Origin: Thermoplasmata archaeon
GTDB taxonomy: Archaea; Thermoplasmatota; Thermoplasmata; Thermoplasmatales; ARK-15
Direction: 5' to 3'
Length of the DNA stretch: 64,000 nt
NCBI GenBank assembly: GCA_039794005.1
Contig: JBAMMA010000001.1
Coordinates: 1 to 64,000 of the forward strand
Within the stretch, counting starts at the first letter, position 1. Every line of letters starts with the position of its first letter. Shown one piece after another: positions 61,144-64,000 of this stretch. The notes below the pieces were generated by a model that was given only the letters and a program-made list of their open reading frames with translations, made no database searches and was not told the DNA's origin. The translations under genes were made by a program, and so were the position numbers.

Positions 61144-62967
61144 ATGGAGAAGATCATAGGTATAGATTTGGGAACAAGCAATTCTGCTGCTGCAGTTGTT
61201 ATTTCCGGTAAACCAGTTGTGATCCCAAGTGCCGAGGGAAATACTCTGGGAGGAAAAGCTTTCCCAAGCTATGTAGCATTTACTAAAGATGGTCAATTGT
61301 TAGTGGGCGAACCAGCTAGGAGGCAGGCACTTTTAAATCCTGAAGGCACTGTATATGCAGTGAAGAGAAAAATGGGAACAAACTATAAATACAATATATT
61401 TGGAAAAGAATATACCCCTCAGCAATTATCAGCATTTATACTTCAAAAGATTAAAAGAGATGCTGAGGCATTTTTAGGAGAGAAGATAACAAAAGCCGTT
61501 ATAACTGTTCCTGCATATTTCGATGACAATCAGAGACAGGCTACAAAAGATGCAGGAACAATTGCAGGACTTGAAGTCGTTAGAATAATAAATGAACCGA
61601 CTGCAGCATCTCTTGCATATGGAATAGATAAGCTTGATAAAGAACAGAAAATTATAGTATACGATTTTGGAGGAGGAACATTAGACGTTACAATAATGGA
61701 ATTTGGAAACGGTGTTTTTGAAGTATTATCTACATCAGGAGACACGCAACTGGGCGGAACAGATATGGATAATGCAATAATAGATTATATTACATCAGAA
61801 TTTTATAAGAAAGAAAAAATAGATTTAAAAAATGATAAACAGGCTTACATCAGGTTGAGAGAGGCAGCAGAGAAGGCTAAAATTGAACTCTCAACATCAT
61901 TAGAAACGGAAATTAATCTCCCTTATATTGCCATGGGTAGTGATGGCCCTAAGCATTTAGTGATGAAATTGACCAGAGCTAAATTGGAAGAATTAGTAAG
62001 ACCCATTGTAGAAAGAACTGGAGAATCTATTAAAAAGGCCCTGGAAGCTGCAAAATTGACAAAAGATGACATTGATAAAATAATACTTGTAGGTGGTCCA
62101 ACGAGAATGCCTATAGTTCAGAGGTATGTTGAAGAATTCTTTGGTAAAAAAATTGAAAGGGGTGTAGATCCAATGGAAGCGGTTGCCATTGGGGCTGCAA
62201 TACAGGGTGCAATATTAGCCGGTGAAATAAAAGATATCGTTTTATTGGATGTAACCCCCTTAACATTGAGTGTTGAAACACTAGGAGGAATAGCAACACC
62301 CATAATTCCTGCAAATACTACAATTCCAACCAGGAAATCACAGATATTTACGACCGCGGCAGATTTTCAAACAACCGTAACAATACATGTTGTTCAAGGT
62401 GAGAGGCCTTTAGCTAAGGATAATGTATCATTAGGGATGTTTAATTTAGAAGGTATTCCTCCAGCTCCAAGGGGAGTTCCACAGATAGAAGTAACATTTG
62501 ATATTGATGCAAATGGAATTCTGCATGTTACGGCTAAAGATTTGGCAACAGGTAAACAAAACAGTATAACGATAACATCGACCACAAAGCTATCAAAAGA
62601 AGAAATAGAAAGAATGAAAAAGGAGGCCGAAACATTTGCGGAGCAGGATAGAAAAAAGAAAGAGGAGATTGAAACAATAAATGAGGCAGAATCCTTGGTA
62701 TATTCCTCCGAAAGGTTCATAAACGAAAACAGAGATAAGTTAGATCAATCTAAGGTTACCGAGGCAGAAAAGATAATAAAAGATCTTAAATCTTACATTG
62801 AATCCAGGGATATAGAAAACATAAAGAAGAGTGTAAAGGAATTACAGAACAAAATACAGGATCTTGGTGCATCCATGTACCGAAAAGTAAACATTTCCGG
62901 TGATGAAAATAAGAGCAATAAGACTGTGGATGCAGATTTCAAGGATAAAGAGAATGATAAGAAATGA
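61144..62967 (+). CDS. dnaK: Chaperone DnaK (Hsp70)
   Basis: [47 protein letters not shown]. Confidence 0.99.
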   Translation: MEKIIGIDLGTSNSAAAVVISGKPVVIPSAEGNTLGGKAFPSYVAFTKDGQLLVGEPARRQALLNPEGTVYAVKRKMGTNYKYNIFGKEYTPQQLSAFILQKIKRDAEAFLGEKITKAVITVPAYFDDNQRQATKDAGTIAGLEVVRIINEPTAASLAYGIDKLDKEQKIIVYDFGGGTLDVTIMEFGNGVFEVLSTSGDTQLGGTDMDNAIIDYITSEFYKKEKIDLKNDKQAYIRLREAAEKAKIELSTSLETEINLPYIAMGSDGPKHLVMKLTRAKLEELVRPIVERTGESIKKALEAAKLTKDDIDKIILVGGPTRMPIVQRYVEEFFGKKIERGVDPMEAVAIGAAIQGAILAGEIKDIVLLDVTPLTLSVETLGGIATPIIPANTTIPTRKSQIFTTAADFQTTVTIHVVQGERPLAKDNVSLGMFNLEGIPPAPRGVPQIEVTFDIDANGILHVTAKDLATGKQNSITITSTTKLSKEEIERMKKEAETFAEQDRKKKEEIETINEAESLVYSSERFINENRDKLDQSKVTEAEKIIKDLKSYIESRDIENIKKSVKELQNKIQDLGASMYRKVNISGDENKSNKTVDADFKDKENDKK

Positions 62968-64000
62968 CAGAAGAAAAAGATTATTATAAAATCCTTGGAG
63001 TAGATAGAAATGCAACGAAGGAGGAGATAAAAAGAGCTTATAGGGAACTGGTGAAAAAATACCATCCGGATCTTCATCCTGAAAATAAAAAAGAATATGA
63101 GGAAAAATTTAAGGAGATAAGCGAAGCCTATGAAGTTTTAATGGACGACGAAAAGAGGAGAATATATGATCAATATGGTGCAGAGGGTGTAAAATTTGGT
63201 TCTCAAGGATTCGACTGGAACAATTTCACTCACTTTGAAGACATACAAGATTTATTTAAAGATTTCATGAATAATTTTGGATTCGGCGATTTTTTCAGAA
63301 CCACTGAAAATCATGATATTCACATGTATTTAACAATAGATCTTAAGGATGCTTATAAGAGCACAATCAAGGAAATAACATTTTTTAGAAATGTCAAATG
63401 TGAAGCGTGTAACGGCACCGGTGCAAAGGAAGGAAAAACGAAAAGATGCCCTACATGTAATGGCACAGGTCAAGTGAAAAAGGTTAGAAATGCAGGCTTC
63501 ATGCAGTTCGTGAGTGTTGAAACATGTCATACATGTAATGGTAAAGGTTACATACCGGTTGAACAGTGTCAAGTATGTAAAGGAAAGGGATTTTTGAATA
63601 AAAAAGAAACAATTGAGGTGAAAATACCTGAAGGAGCAGACAATGGACTCAATTTGAGGGTAAGAGGGAAAGGAAACATTGATGGGGATTTGATTTTAAC
63701 AATAAGGATAAATCCTGATAATAGATTTAGAAGGGAGAACGATGATCTGTATACAGAAATAACTATACCTTTCACGGAAGCAGCCCTGGGCGGTGAAGAG
63801 GACATAGTACATCTTGACGGAGAAGTAATAAAATTAAAAATTCCTCCAGGAACGCAGCCCGGAGAATATTTAAAGATTAAGGGGAAAGGTATGCCAAGAT
63901 TTAATAGACATGGTAAAGGGGACCTATATGTAAAAGTAAACGTATCTATTCCCAAAAACCTTACATCAAGGCAAAGGGAACTATTAATGGAATTTGAAAA
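62964..64000 (+). CDS. dnaJ: Chaperone DnaJ (runs off the window end; absent from ORF track)
   Basis: [18 protein letters not shown], four CxxCxGxG repeats ([32 protein letters not shown]). Confidence 0.97.
   Translation, partial: MTEEKDYYKILGVDRNATKEEIKRAYRELVKKYHPDLHPENKKEYEEKFKEISEAYEVLMDDEKRRIYDQYGAEGVKFGSQGFDWNNFTHFEDIQDLFKDFMNNFGFGDFFRTTENHDIHMYLTIDLKDAYKSTIKEITFFRNVKCEACNGTGAKEGKTKRCPTCNGTGQVKKVRNAGFMQFVSVETCHTCNGKGYIPVEQCQVCKGKGFLNKKETIEVKIPEGADNGLNLRVRGKGNIDGDLILTIRINPDNRFRRENDDLYTEITIPFTEAALGGEEDIVHLDGEVIKLKIPPGTQPGEYLKIKGKGMPRFNRHGKGDLYVKVNVSIPKNLTSRQRELLMEFE

Noticed and set aside
2449-63955. Many short ORFs in the track that are antisense or off-frame to ribosomal, sucCD, pilin, dnaK and dnaJ genes
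   Set aside because: They are shadow ORFs of well-supported genes and have no motifs or independent initiation signals.
1-64000. CRISPR array, rRNA genes, retroelement/DGR acting on the pilin genes
   Set aside because: No regularly spaced repeats, rRNA-like sequence, reverse transcriptase or adenine-specific TR/VR pair was seen. The only near-identical repeat found is the 74-bp pilin N-terminus.

Overview
AT-rich archaeal chromosomal segment. Gene content and order (S10-spc ribosomal cluster without L34e/L14e/SUI1, extended SecY, short Nop5, grpE-dnaK-dnaJ, ftsZ) point to a Thermoplasmata-like lineage; this is an inference. About 60% of the window is housekeeping: the S19e-eIF6 cluster, the L3-SecY-Cbf5-Nop5 superoperon, Sm-L37e-purF, eIF1A-Rio1-Pno1, xerA, sucCD, folP and three tRNAs (Ala-CGC, Phe-GAA, Leu-TAA). 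The left edge holds a decayed IS200/IS605 tnpB and a frameshifted membrane-protein gene. Four things stand out. (i) Two tandem ~1550-aa giant archaeal type IV pilin-like proteins have a nearly DNA-identical pilin N-terminus and divergent lectin-like C-termini; they sit beside a four-gene NDP-heptose pathway and a DUF2079/GT-C-like membrane gene. (ii) Two effector-less STAND-NTPase/TPR proteins are present, one in a module bracketed by two paralogous unknown ~142-aa helical proteins. (iii) A strongly base-paired three-way-junction RNA leader precedes rpl3. (iv) folP carries a Helicobacter-type N-terminal extension. No rRNA or CRISPR array was seen. All calls come from reading motifs by eye; no database searches were run.
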